Source: Octopus bimaculoides
Taxonomy: Eukaryota
Direction: 5' to 3'
DNA: 64,000 nt
Assembly (NCBI RefSeq): GCF_001194135.2
Contig: NC_068984.1
Coordinates: 19,399,770-19,463,769, forward strand
In this document: in pieces, positions 27,349 to 40,056 of the stretch
Numbering within the stretch: position 1 is the stretch's first letter
Layout: the number at the start of each line of letters is the position of its first letter
Translations under genes and position numbers: made by a program
The notes under the pieces: model-generated
What the model was told of the DNA's origin: nothing
The model's input: the letters and a program-made list of their open reading frames with translations, nothing else
Databases searched by the model: none

Positions 27349-27775
27349 ATATATANNNNNNNNNNNNNNNNNNNTATATATATATATATATATATATACA
27401 TATATATCTATATATCATCATCATCATCATCATCGTTTAACGTCCGCTTTCCATGTTAGCATGGGTTGGACGATTTGACTGAGGACTGGTGAAACCGGAT
27501 GGCAACACCAGGCTCCAATCTAATTTGGCAGAGTTTCTACAGCTGGATGCCCTTCCTAACGCCAACCACTCAGAGAGTGTAGTGGGTGCTTTTATATATT
27601 TATATGTATATATACAATGTGCTTCTTTCAGTTTCTGTCTACCAAATCTCCTCACAAGGCTTTGGTCAGCCCAAGGCTATGATAGAAGACACTTGCCCAA
27701 GGTGCCACGCATGCGACTGAACCCTGAACCATGTATTTGGGAAGCAAGTTTCTTACCACACAGCCATGCCTGAAC
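26995..27775 (-). mobile_element. SINE family B split by a nested family C element
   Basis: B head at about 27600-27775, B 3' half at about 26995-27240, family C copy and (TA)n between them. Confidence 0.75.
27415..27595 (-). mobile_element. Family C retroposon, 5'-truncated young copy
   Basis: About 4 differences over about 165 bp versus the 6810-6975 segment, counted by eye. Confidence 0.85.
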
Positions 27776-27866
27776 CTATATATTTGTGTACACACACACA
27801 CACACACACACTAAAAGATAAGATAGTCATCACTTGCAGGCATATATAACTTTGTAACACATGTAC

Positions 27867-27971
27867 CTTGCTTTCACTAATTGTTTTAAGGTTCTCTGCT
27901 GTTATGGGTACACAGAGGCACCCTCTTGGCTCTCCCACCCTTGCCCCAGTGGAATATCCAACATGTAATAG
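27867..27971 (-). CDS. Candidate internal exon, phase 0-0, 35 codons
   Basis: Strong acceptor ccctctttccttccag|CTA, donor AAG|gtacat, open frame LLHVGYSTGARVGEPRGCLCVPITAENLKTISESK. No domain recognised, so it could be a chance arrangement. Confidence 0.35.
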
Positions 27972-28294
27972 CTGGAAGGAAAGAGGGATGCACACACACT
28001 AGGCTAGTTCTCATACTCAGTCAAACTGACTGAAGTATCTTGCTCAAGGATATAATGAGCTGCCTGGTTCAGGAACTGAACTCACAACCTTCTGATTACG
28101 AGCCCAATACCTTAACGATTAAACTATCTATCTTCAAACATGCACACACACACACACACACACACAAACATAAACAGATTGAGAAAGAGAAATATAATTA
28201 TTCACCACATGATTATGTTAATTATGTTATAATTAATATACATTAATATTATGTTAATTATGTTATAATTAATATACGCTAATATCCCACTTAC

Positions 28295-28390
28295 TTTCCT
28301 CTTCGGTCTCCTCTTCTTCGGGGCTTGCCCAGAGGCATATCCATAGCGTGAGTGTTTCCTCTTACCTGTACAACTCTGAGCAATCCCCAT
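28295..28390 (-). CDS. Candidate first coding exon, MGIAQSCTGKRKHSRYGYASGQAPKKRRPKRK
   Basis: ATG with +4 G, non-repetitive sequence of higher GC/CpG than its surroundings, phase-0 donor AAA|gtaagt. Phase-compatible with the 27971 and 16362 exons. Linkage to the spectrin gene is inferred. Confidence 0.55.
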
Positions 28391-28520
28391 CAAGATTTAC
28401 GGAGGTGGCCAGAATGTGACAAATAAATGAATGAACAATAACTTAACGACCTTTTAACAACATCGTTGTCTAATACCGGCTTCCTCCTCTCACTACTCCC
28501 TACCACACTTTTCTCCCCTC
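28391..28520 (-). promoter_or_regulatory. Possible promoter/5' UTR upstream of candidate first exon
   Basis: About 8 CpGs in 28275-28490 against a CpG-poor background, and a purine-rich GGAAGCCGG-containing segment on the minus strand. No TSS evidence. Confidence 0.3.
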
Positions 28521-29532
28521 TAACACATTCATAATGTCAAACAAATTTTGCACGCATACACATGCATATACATGTGTGTATGTGTGTGTGCACGCACACG
28601 CACACACACACACACAGATACACTTCAGAGTAGATATACATTGTTAGAAAGTTATACACAAGTGTTGACATCAACATTGATGACCCACCTTTAGTTTTGA
28701 ACTTTTTGGAAAGATAGTAAATAGACTTTGGTCATTTAAATAAAACAAAAACAAAACTGTCACCACCACCACCACCACTACAACAATACAATCACTGAGT
28801 CGGTGGGTAAGGCCCTATGTATAGTTCAACATATTAGAAACAGCAGTCAAATCTAGCTCACACCACAATCTAAGTGTTAAGAAAAGAGGGATACATTGAA
28901 TAATGTAATCTGATAAAAGTATAGGATAGTCAAGGCTGGAATGACCTTTGATCAAAGATCTGCCTGCTCATGGTTGACCTGGGGTTAAACAACAACAACA
29001 ACAACAACAGTATACAATGCAATGAATGAGAGAACTTCAATATGGTTTCTTGATCTGCTAGAAACAGTAGGTGAGTCTTTAAAATTATAATCTACAGTCT
29101 TTAAAAATTAGGAGATACTAAATAATGCTGTCTGGAATAACAGTTAAATCCCCTCTAAATCATATTCTGTCACCTTAAAAACAGGAAGGATAATTTGAAT
29201 AATGTAGATACCCCTAAAAACACAGGCTGGTCATGTTTTTTGTTTTATTATCTACACAGACAGGTGTGAAAATGCACCCAAAATCCCTTGAGACTCATTT
29301 CAACCCAAGGACACCAGATTTGTTTTGACACACTTGTTTTATAATTCTTGACTCTCATCAACATTATAACAAAACAACTAAACTTCCTTCTTCCTGGTTC
29401 TTTTCTAGAAAGCTTTAAATCTAATATTCAGATTGCATGGAGCTATTTTATGGTTTCCTACTTCCTTTTTCTATTTCTATTCTTCATGTTAATAATAATA
29501 ACAATGACGATGATGATGACGATGACGATGAT

Positions 29533-30120
29533 AAGGGAACACAAACCACCTCCAGTGCTTGAAAATGATCACATCTCACTCTTCTGGAACTTCACCATTC
29601 AAACTGACAGAAAGATAGATGCAAATAAGCCAGACATTATATCGAAAGACTTCAGACAAAAATCATGCATCCTTATTGATATGACTGTCCCAACTGACAT
29701 AAACATATCTGTCAAAACCTACAAAAAACTGAGTATAAACATCTTGAAATAGAAACTGGCAAAATGTGGAACCTCAAGACTAAAACAATACCTGTTATCA
29801 TAGATGTCCTAGGAATGATAGCAAAAGGGGCTGATTTCTACCTAGCTCAGATACCAGGAAACCCCAAAATGGTAGAAATTCAAAAGATAGTGCTCATGGG
29901 AACTGCCCATATCCAATGTAAAATACTGTCTATGTAATCTCAAATTTTAAAACAAACTTATAATTTTCTTAAACATTCTCTAGAACAATATCATGTGCAA
30001 AACCAAATATATGACACTTGAGGTATAACACCAACATGAACTTCTAACTTGTTGTCTCCTGAGGTCTCTGGGTGATACTTGGAGTCAACTTGTACAAATG
30101 TAAAGCAAAAGTCGAACATA
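29533..30120 (+). mobile_element. R4/Dong-like non-LTR retrotransposon 3' fragment (restriction-like endonuclease domain)
   Basis: Translates EHKPPPVLENDHISLFWNFTIQTDRKIDANKPDII...CILIDMTVP...KYKHLEIE..KMW...IQKIVLMGTAHI, a PD-(D/E)xK RLE pattern typical of R4-clade elements. One frameshift. Flanked by TAA-type repeats. Confidence 0.8.
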
Positions 30121-32765
30121 TAATAATGATAATAATAATCCTTTCTACTGGAGGCACAAAGCCTCAAATTTAGGGGGAAGGAACAAGTTGATTACATCAA
30201 CCCCAGTATACAACTGGTACTTAATCTATCAACTCTAAAAGGATGAAAAGCAAAGTCGACCTGGGAAGAATTTGAACTCAGAACATAACGGCAGACAAAA
30301 TACCGCTAAGCATTTCACCTGGCATGCTAATGATTCAGCCAGCTTATTTCAGATATTGTAAATCTAAGACTACATGATCCAATGTGCTTTACCTTTTTAA
30401 GAAGGGGTGTGATTTGTGGAAGATTTTGCTTCTATATTGTAGCAGGTCAAACAATCACATACAGGCTCCTTTGCTGGCTTGTGAAGATGATGTCAGCTTG
30501 AACAGAGTAGATATATGATGAAAGTCATTCCAGTTGTGACCATCCCATAAATTTGTACATGTAAAACTGCATTGTATAATGTCCTTCCTCATTTTAAGAC
30601 AGTAGTGCTTGGTGTAAAGAAAATTTGGCAGCTATTTCTAGCAGACAGAGCAACCATGCAAAGGCTCCTTTGATAGAAGTATTTAATGTCCTAATGACAC
30701 TTGGTGAAAAGATATTTGCATATATAGATATACTAATATCTTTATCTGTCTGCCTTTCTCTCTCTTTACACACACACACACTCACAAGCACAAGCACACA
30801 CATAACACACCTGTTGTTTATAATGGTTTATTGGTCAGCTGTGTCATTCACAGTTGAATGGTCAGTGATAAGCTGAATAATGTGCAATAAAAATAATTGA
30901 ATGAAACCGCTGTTGCTTTCAGTGATGAGCTATTCACTCATTCCATCAATTGAATGACCTACTCTTTAAATTAATATACATGAAGTGGCTGAGTATTCCA
31001 CGGGCATACCATATATCCCTTATGTAATTCTCAGGGAGAATTTAACATGACATACCATGTGACAAAACTGGACCTTTAGATTACATATATAACCTATTTG
31101 ATGGGATTTCAATAGTCTCTGTCCACCTAATTTTATTCACAAGGTTTAGGTCAACGTGAGGCTATAGAATAAGATGCATGTCAAAGACCTATTGCAATGG
31201 GATTGAACTTGAGGCTTCATGATGGCAAAGCAAGTGTCTTAACCATTTGGCCATACTAAGTCCAGAGTAGGATGGTTATGTACAATAAAATTACCTGTTG
31301 GAATCTTGTAAGCGCCAGGTGAGAATTTTGACACTTGATAATTCAAGATCTTACTGAGCTTCCAGGTTGCTAACGAACCAACACAGACGATTTGTCTATA
31401 GGGATCAAATGTTTGTGCAGTATGTTAGGTCACTCCTTTCATCAAATTGACATGGACTGTAAAAGTGCACGATGTGCCACAAGTCACATGTTGAAGTGAT
31501 TACAGACCAAATTGAGAATATCAGGCTTGGCCTACCAACTGTAACAGTTAATACCCTAATTATCCCATCCATGGGATCCAGCAGGAAATATTAAATGTAT
31601 GTTTTAAGATGTAATATAAACTAGTGAATTATCATTTACACTTTAAATAAATATCATCATAACTTTCCCCACCACCACCACCTATCAACATGTATGTTTT
31701 AACATTCATAACTACATGCTGGGGATGGGTCAGCTAAGAGGACCAACAGTGTTACATATCCCTGAGCAAAGCAATGCATTAGAACCTATATTTATTTCTT
31801 GACAGCATCCATAGATTAGCAATGGGCTCCTAGACACTGATTGGTCAGTGTGCCCATGCTTTAAGATGGCACTGTTAGCCAGGTTTTTCATAGAACACAC
31901 TGCTTGTTGACTCTGTCCTTTTTTTTAATATATATTTTAGTTCCTTTTATTTTGATTTCTTTTGACTTTTTGTGTTTTGGTTTCAAATTGCACCAAGGTC
32001 ACCTTTACATTTCATACTACTTGGATTGATAAAATGAAGTACCAGTCTAGACTGGTGGATTGGTAGAATCATTAGAGCATCAGGTAGAATACTTTATTGT
32101 GACTGTTCTACCTGTTTGAGTTCTGAGTTCAAATCTTACCATGGCTTACTTTGGTGATAAATTTACTTTACCATCTGGACTCCTTCACAAAATGCAAGAA
32201 TTTGGATCAGGTCTCTGATCTGAGGATACTTTTCCTCTCTCGCACCATTCTCAGACACTCTAGCTTCCCAACCACAAGGTTCCAGGTTCAATCTCACTGT
32301 GTGGAATTTTGGCAAGTGTCTTCTATTATAGCGTTAGGCTGACCAAAGTCTTGTGAGTGGATTTAGTAGACGGAAACTGAAAAAAGCCAGTCATATGTGT
32401 GTGTGTGTGTGTGTGTGTATGTGTTTGTCCTGCACCACTGCTGGACAACCAGTGCCGGTTTGTTTACATCCCTATAATGTATCGATCTTAAAAAAGTTTT
32501 GGGAGTTGATTCGTTTGACTAAAAACTCTTCAAGGCAGTGCTCCAGCATGGCCAGAGTCTAATGACTGAAATGAGTGAAATAAAAGAAAGTAAAAGAAAA
32601 ATACTGGTATCAGATATAACCCATTCTTCCCAACTGCACAGATACCTCCCTTTGGTAGCACCCTTATCCACACCACACTAAACAGCCATTCCTATCACAT
32701 GTCCCTAGCAGCACAGGCTTTTATCCAGCACCTTTCAACTGATGCCTGACTAGCTGTTTGGTTAA

Positions 32766-32983
32766 CCCTTAGATACCAACCCAGCTAAAACTGCTTCTGG
32801 CTCTCTAGTACAAATGTCTTATTTTCATAAGTTCTGAATTAAAATCTTCCACCAAACCTTAGTCACAATTTATGTTCCTAACACTAGCTTAATAATTCAG
32901 TTGTTTTACGAAATACTTTGTTATATTTAAAATTAATTGAAAGAAACACAGAGCATTTCAACAGAAATATGATAACAAAAGGG
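32766..32983. mobile_element. piggyBac-like MITE (family P2)
   Basis: TTAA|CCCTT ... AAAAGGG|TTAA. Colinear with 57264-57488. Confidence 0.8.
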
Positions 32984-33942
32984 TTAAATTACTTTTGTTG
33001 ATTCTGTGTTTCAGAGATGCAATTACACTCTGTACCATGGATACTGAAACACCTTGTTAACACCCATTGTTTGCACTGTGAACACAGTAAGAAGTTTATG
33101 CTTGCTTCATTCTTACATTCAGATCAAGACTCCTTCATAAAAGATTGCACTGAGGTTTCACACTTTTATCAGTTATTACTTGTGCTTTTGGCATGATGAG
33201 ATTTAATTCTATGAAATGTAAACCAATTCTTTCAAATTTCTATAATTTTCTATGACAGTGACGGTCTCTACTATGGAAACTAAATCATTGGAATATGAAA
33301 TTTGTCAAAGAAACAAGATATGGACTTTTATGTTGTCACAAAAGAAAGTTAAACAACAGAGTCTGTAGGAATTGAACACATCCAGGCATAGGAGTGACTG
33401 TGTGGTTAAGACGCTTGCTTCCCAGCCATGTGGTCTTGGGTTCAGTCTCACTGTGCAGTACCTTGGGCAAGTGTCTTCTATTATAACCCTAGGCTGACCA
33501 ATGACGTGTGAGCAAATTGGGTAGATAGAAATTGAAAGAAGTCTGTAACATATATATTTTAAGACCCCTTTCGGTCATGAATGACCATGGGATTGCACCT
33601 AAGAAGTTACCTGCCGATGCACAAGTCCAGGCAAGATTGTTTTATGGAGGACCAGCAGTCCCCCATGCATACCAGCCTCCCCTCCGCATGCCACTGATGT
33701 TATCCAAGGGAAAGGCAAAGACTGATACAACTTGGCACTAGTGACATCACAACTCATTTCTACAGCTGAGTGAACTGGAACAATGTGAAATAAAGTGTCT
33801 TGCTCAACGATACAGCATACAGCCTGGTCGAGGAATTGAACTCACTACCTCATGATTGTGAGCCCAATGCTCTAACCACTGAGCCATGCGCCTTCACTAA
33901 CATATGTGTGTGTGTGCATGTATAGATAGATATAAATACATG

Positions 33943-33988
<46 letters not shown>

Positions 33989-34119
33989 CGTACACACACA
34001 CACACACACACAAATTATCGTTTAAATTATGCAAAAATGAAAATAACACTGACATCCTATTTTAACAGATATATTTACCAAAATTACATAAAAGTATCTT
34101 GAAATACTAAACAGTAAAT

Positions 34120-34826
34120 TTATTCAATAAAATCGCCATTGGCGTCAACCAGACGACTTTGGAATCTCCTGCAACTCTTCTGGACGTTCTCCTTGTTTAA
34201 GTTGGTGAATGCTGCCATAATCCTTGCCTTCAGTTCATCCTTGGTGTTACAAGGAGTTTTGTTGGTCTCTCGCCCAACTGCACACCACACATAATAATCA
34301 AGGGGGTTGTGGTGTGGGGAGTTAGGTGGCCAGATGTTAGCGGTCATGTTAGGGAAATTGTTCGACAGTCATAACTGGGTTCTCCTGCTTGCCTGGCGTG
34401 GGTTAGAGTCCTGTGCCAGAAATAGGGTCTTCCAGCAGCCACCCTCTTGACCCAGGGCAGCACTACCTCCTCTACACACTTGATGTAGGCCTCGGTGTTG
34501 AGTCTGAGGCCATGTGGAAAGATGAATGGAGGCATAACTCTGCCATCACTATTGAACACTCCAAACACCCTGATGTTGACTGGATGTTTGATTTTTATCA
34601 CTCTCGGTACATGTCCTCAGATTGATACCGAAACACTATGAAATGGTCATATTGGAGCTTCTGGCACGAATACCAAGCAGTACAGCACAACGTTTCCAAA
34701 TTTCTGACAGAGTGAATTGTATCATGGTGCTGTTTTTCTTGCAGATGGTGCCCAACTGATCCTACTATACTGTGTAGTCAACAAAATCAAAAACAAACAA
34801 AGCACATACACAAAATTAAAACCTCG
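34120..34826 (-). pseudogene. Tc1/mariner transposase remnant (maT/DD37D-like signature)
   Basis: Peptides VFGV..SDG.VMPPFIFPHGLRLNTEAYIK...LPW, a frameshifted QQDS motif and IWPPNSP(H)(H)NPLDYYVW...KDELKARI. No intact TIR pair found. Confidence 0.85.
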
Positions 34827-34839
34827 TATATTGTTTTCC

Positions 34840-34903
<64 letters not shown>

Positions 34904-36237
34904 GTGTGTGTGTGTGTGTGTGTGATGTTTGTGTGTGTGATGTTTGTGTGTGTGTATGTACTTGTCTTGACATGTGATGATTGTAAACAAGCACCACTGT
35001 CATACAAGCTGTGTTGTTTCTTCTTGTCTTCCATAGGGAAATGTTACCTTGTTTGGAAACAGATGAGTGTTGGTGACGAGAAGGGCATCCAGCTGTAGAA
35101 AATGTGACTCGAAAAATTTCACTTGCTTCATGGAGGCATTGAAAAGTGAACATTAAGAATGATATGATGAAAATGATGATGATGAGGATGATGATCCTTT
35201 AGTTTCTGGTGAAAATGCAAAGTTTTGTGCATTCTTAGAAATACAGTCCACCAATTTATTCTTAATCTATATTTTCCTGTTTACAGTTCCGGCTTCAAAC
35301 TCATGCAACAAGGTTTGAAGATAATAAAATATGTATCAGCACAGGCACATATATACTGCAGCCATATCATCAGATAACACAGAGAGTGGAGTAGACTGGC
35401 ACAAACATATTGTGATAAGCTCAATGCTAATTTCTAATTGAAAAATAAGAATATCACACCATTCATGCTATAAGCAGAGAATGCAGAAAATAGAATGTAC
35501 ATATATGCCATACACGCGATAACCGAGAGTTTGGAATCAAACCCCCACACAATACACACATACATTCACATACATGCATAAATACATATCTATATTTACA
35601 CATACATATATATATCTATATATACACATAAGTACATACATGTATACATTCACACACACACATCTATACCTGCATATATACATGCATACATACATATATG
35701 TATGTATATATAGGTATGTACATATGTAGGTATGTACATATATGCATGGATATATGCATATATCTATATATTTATATTATTATATGTATATATACACAGA
35801 TATATACAAACAGATATACATGCAGATATATATATACACAGACACACACATACATATATATCTATATATGTAAACATACACATATTTACGTAATCACACG
35901 TACATATTTAGGCCTGTAAACAAGCAAGCAGAGAAACACACACACACACACAACTATGTAGATACAAAGAGATAGCCACAAAACACAAACGTAATTCTTA
36001 ACAAGATTTATTATTTCATAATAGATTAAACAGCCAATATGCTCAGAATAAACTAATTGATTAATTAAAAAACACAAAATCTTTAGAGTTTTACAGTTTC
36101 CATAACATAAGTATTACTATTGTCAATAATAACACAATTCTTTAAGCATTATTTACCAATAATTCTTTTATTAATCAGTTCAAACAAATGTGTATGTAAT
36201 GGTAATTGAATGTATGTATTTCTGTATACATAAACAT

Positions 36238-36324
<87 letters not shown>

Positions 36325-36917
36325 GATGTATATATATACATACACATGCATGTACATATATATATATCAGGAATACTTTAAAAAAATTGGAATAAATCTC
36401 AAACAAGCATAATTAGATCACATTCTTGTAAATATAATCTACCACAATCTTCTAAAAATATTGAAAATTCGAATTGAATGCTTCGTTTTGGAAAATTAGA
36501 TACTTTCATAAAATGAATTACAAAATAATAGAATAAAAAGAGAAAAACATAGCAATGAATATTTGAGATACTGGACTAATGACCAAGAAATGCAGGGTTC
36601 AAATTCTGACATACACATTACGTTCTTTGTTATGTATATTATTTAATTTCTTTCAATCAATCAAGCTTCAAATAATACACATACACACATGTATATTCTT
36701 CTATTCTTTTACTCGTTTCAGTCATATGACTGTGGCCATGCTAGAGCACCACTATAAAGGATTTTTCTCGAAGAAATCAACCCTAGGACTTATTCATTGT
36801 AAGCCTAGCACTTATTCTATTGGACTCTTTTGTTGAACTGCTATGTTACAGAGATGTAAACACACCAACATTGGTTGTCAAGCAATGGTGGTTGGGACTA
36901 ACACAGACACACAAACA

Positions 36918-36983
<66 letters not shown>

Positions 36984-36985
<2 letters not shown>

Positions 36986-37274
36986 GTGGTGGACTGGCCA
37001 GGCTGCTAGCTTGCCCCATGGCAAGTGGACCCCTGTGCCATTAGAATCTATATATGGGGGCCCATTTTAGTATCTAAGGGGCCCACCCCCTCAAATTTGA
37101 AAATTTTTTATTCACTCCTGGAAGAATGCATTAATTATTTCAGCCTGGCTGTGTTTGTAGACAGTTGAAAAGAATACTTTTAACAGAAAAAAAAATTAAA
37201 TGTTAGTACTATAGTTGTGGGTAGGCCTCCTTAGTCTCCTGGCAACCAATATTTTTAGACCCAGTCTGCCACTA
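36984..37274. mobile_element. hAT-like MITE
   Basis: TIRs CAGTGGTGGACTGG and (rc) TAGTGGCAGACTGG. 8-bp flanks TATATATA / TATACATA. Confidence 0.65.
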
Positions 37275-38210
37275 TATACATATATATATATATGAGGTTA
37301 ATAAAATATGTATCAGTAAAGAAGCACACTCCAAAGAATAGAGCAGTAATTATTACATCAAAAATTTTAATTTTCTACATTGCAGATATGAGGAAATGCT
37401 CAGAAATTGAGATTTAAGTCTTAACATATAAAAACATTAATGAGGATGGGTTGTCTCTCCTGAACCAGAGGATAAAATAACTCTTATAGACCCCCCCCCC
37501 CAAAAAAAAAGCCCAAGGTTATAGTAGAAGACACTTGCTCAAAATGCCATGCAGTGGGACTGAACCGGGAACCATGTGGCTGGGAAGCATGCTTCTTTCT
37601 ACACAGCCACGCCTGTGCGTATACATGTACAAAGTGGCAATCTTTTGGTTATAATGACAGATATTCCAGTTGATCTGATCAATGGAACAGACTACTCATA
37701 AAATTAGTGGTTAGGGTGTTAGGCTCACAATCATACAGTTGAGAGTTCAATTCCTGAGCTGATTAACATGTTACATCCTTGAGCAAGGTGGTACTTTATG
37801 CTCAAGATGCTACAGTCAATTCAGCTGGGAATTTGGTAGATGGAAAATGTGTGGAAGCATGTTGTATATGTGTATAGATAGATATGTGTATGAGTCTGTG
37901 TGTTTCTTTGTGGGGTTTTTTGTTTGCCCTGCCCCATACACTTGACAATCAATGTTGGTTTATTTACTTCCCTGTAAAGAGATTGACAGAATAAGCATCA
38001 GGCTTAAAAAGAAAAAAAAACTGGGGCTGATTTGTTTGGCTAAACTCCTTCAAGCAGTGCCCCAGCATGGCTACAGTCTAATGACTGAAACAGGTAAAAG
38101 ATAAAAAAAGAATTTGGAGTTAAAGTTCAATTCATTCGAGCACCATTTTGTGTTTTCCATACTGAGCATATCTAGTTCTCATCTATTGTCTGTATATGTA
38201 TGCATGTGCA

Positions 38211-38258
<48 letters not shown>

Positions 38259-39940
38259 GGGACCAAAACTCCTGGCAGTTTGCTGTGCTTGAAAAGACTT
38301 GTCAAGCTAAGTAAAAGCATGGTTGCTCTTGCATACAGGCTTATCCCTTGCAACCCTCTCTGGCTGAGCATCCTTAATCTTGTGGACTTGTAAGTGTTGG
38401 TGCCACATAAAAAGCACCCATGCCAGTGCTGTGGAAAAGCAGCTAGTACACTCTGTAAAGTGGTTGGCATTAAGAAGGGCATCCAGCCATAGAAACCATG
38501 TCAGAACAGCCATGGAACCTGAACAGTCTTTCAGCTGGTCAGCTCCTGTCAAACCATGATGATGATGATATATATTTATATATGATTAAAAGCTCTGTTC
38601 AGATATTCAATGAAACTTTTAAAGGGTTGTAAAACTCAAGTGCTTGTAATTCCAGCACTGTATAGGAGGACTCTGAAATTTTGTCTATGCTCAGTAGAAA
38701 ATATAATCAAAAATATAAGGAGTTGTGTATTACAAAACACGTGTATATTAATTTGAAAGTGAGTATACAGCTATAATTATCTCATATTTGAAAATTATTT
38801 GAAATAAAAATAAACTGAAATATTTCATTCCAGTTAAAAACAGATACATTTTTAATATGTCTTTAAAATGCCTTTCAATATGTCTGTGAATGGAATGTTT
38901 GGTTGGTTTGTGGGGATTGCAATATATTACAGGAATTTTTTAATCAGTCATTTTCTATTTAAAATTTTTTGAAATCAATATGCAGAGAGTGGAATATTTT
39001 CAGCTTTGTGGATTGAGTGAAAGAGAATAATTTTCTTGTATTTATAGACACTACCAAATACCATTGACAAAGTTTGAACTTGTGAATTTCTTGCATCGAC
39101 AGTCCAATATCTCATATGTAATGTCATTCTGCCTACTTGATGTTATTTGTGTAACAAAAAATACCCACACATCACAAGAGTGAATAAATAAAATCATGGA
39201 AATGAATTTCTAAAATCCACAAAGGATATGAATGTCAGAATATATTAATAGTAAAATAATGTAAATTAAACACCATTCTCAGCAGTAATCAATCAAGGAT
39301 AAAAGAATTTTTGCAGAAAACATAAAATATTGATAATTGTCATAATTTTTCAACATTATGTAGAAAATCAAAGGTTTTGATGAAATTTATTTCATGTGGC
39401 ATTCTAAAAATTATCAAACGACTGACTTATGTTCCACCACAAAAGGTGTTCAATAAATGATTTGAAAAATATTGTATATTGTAAAAATTAAAAACAAACA
39501 AAGAAAAAAGGTCTTAGTTTACTGCATTGAAATTAGGATCATATAACACAGAGAATTGATTTTCTATAAAATATATAGAATATTATTGTAAACAACCCTT
39601 CTAGAAATAGAAAACAAAAATATTTCTTTACTTTTCAAGAGCATTATAAATATAAAAAAAATATTGCCATGAGTTAATAACATGCTCTTGAATGGAATGT
39701 ATCATCAACACAGTATAGATAATATTATTAGGTACCCTGTTATTGTTCTCTTACAGAGAGCAAAGGGGCCTATAAAAGCTTTGAATATAAGTTAGTAACA
39801 ATAAAAGTATCAAAATATCTCAAGTGTTCTATAAAAGACCAGGATGGAATGTTTAGACAGTAAAGTGTACTCAATTTTATCAATACACAAGTATTATATA
39901 AGTGTGTATTCAAGTGTGTGCATATATTTATTGATATACG

Positions 39941-39972
39941 GCATATGAAAATTACAAGCTGGCCACATATTT

Positions 39973-40056
<84 letters not shown>

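Noticed and set aside
34717-36406. YI/CV/HT-repeat ORFs
   Set aside because: These are translations of (TA)n and (CA)n dinucleotide repeats.
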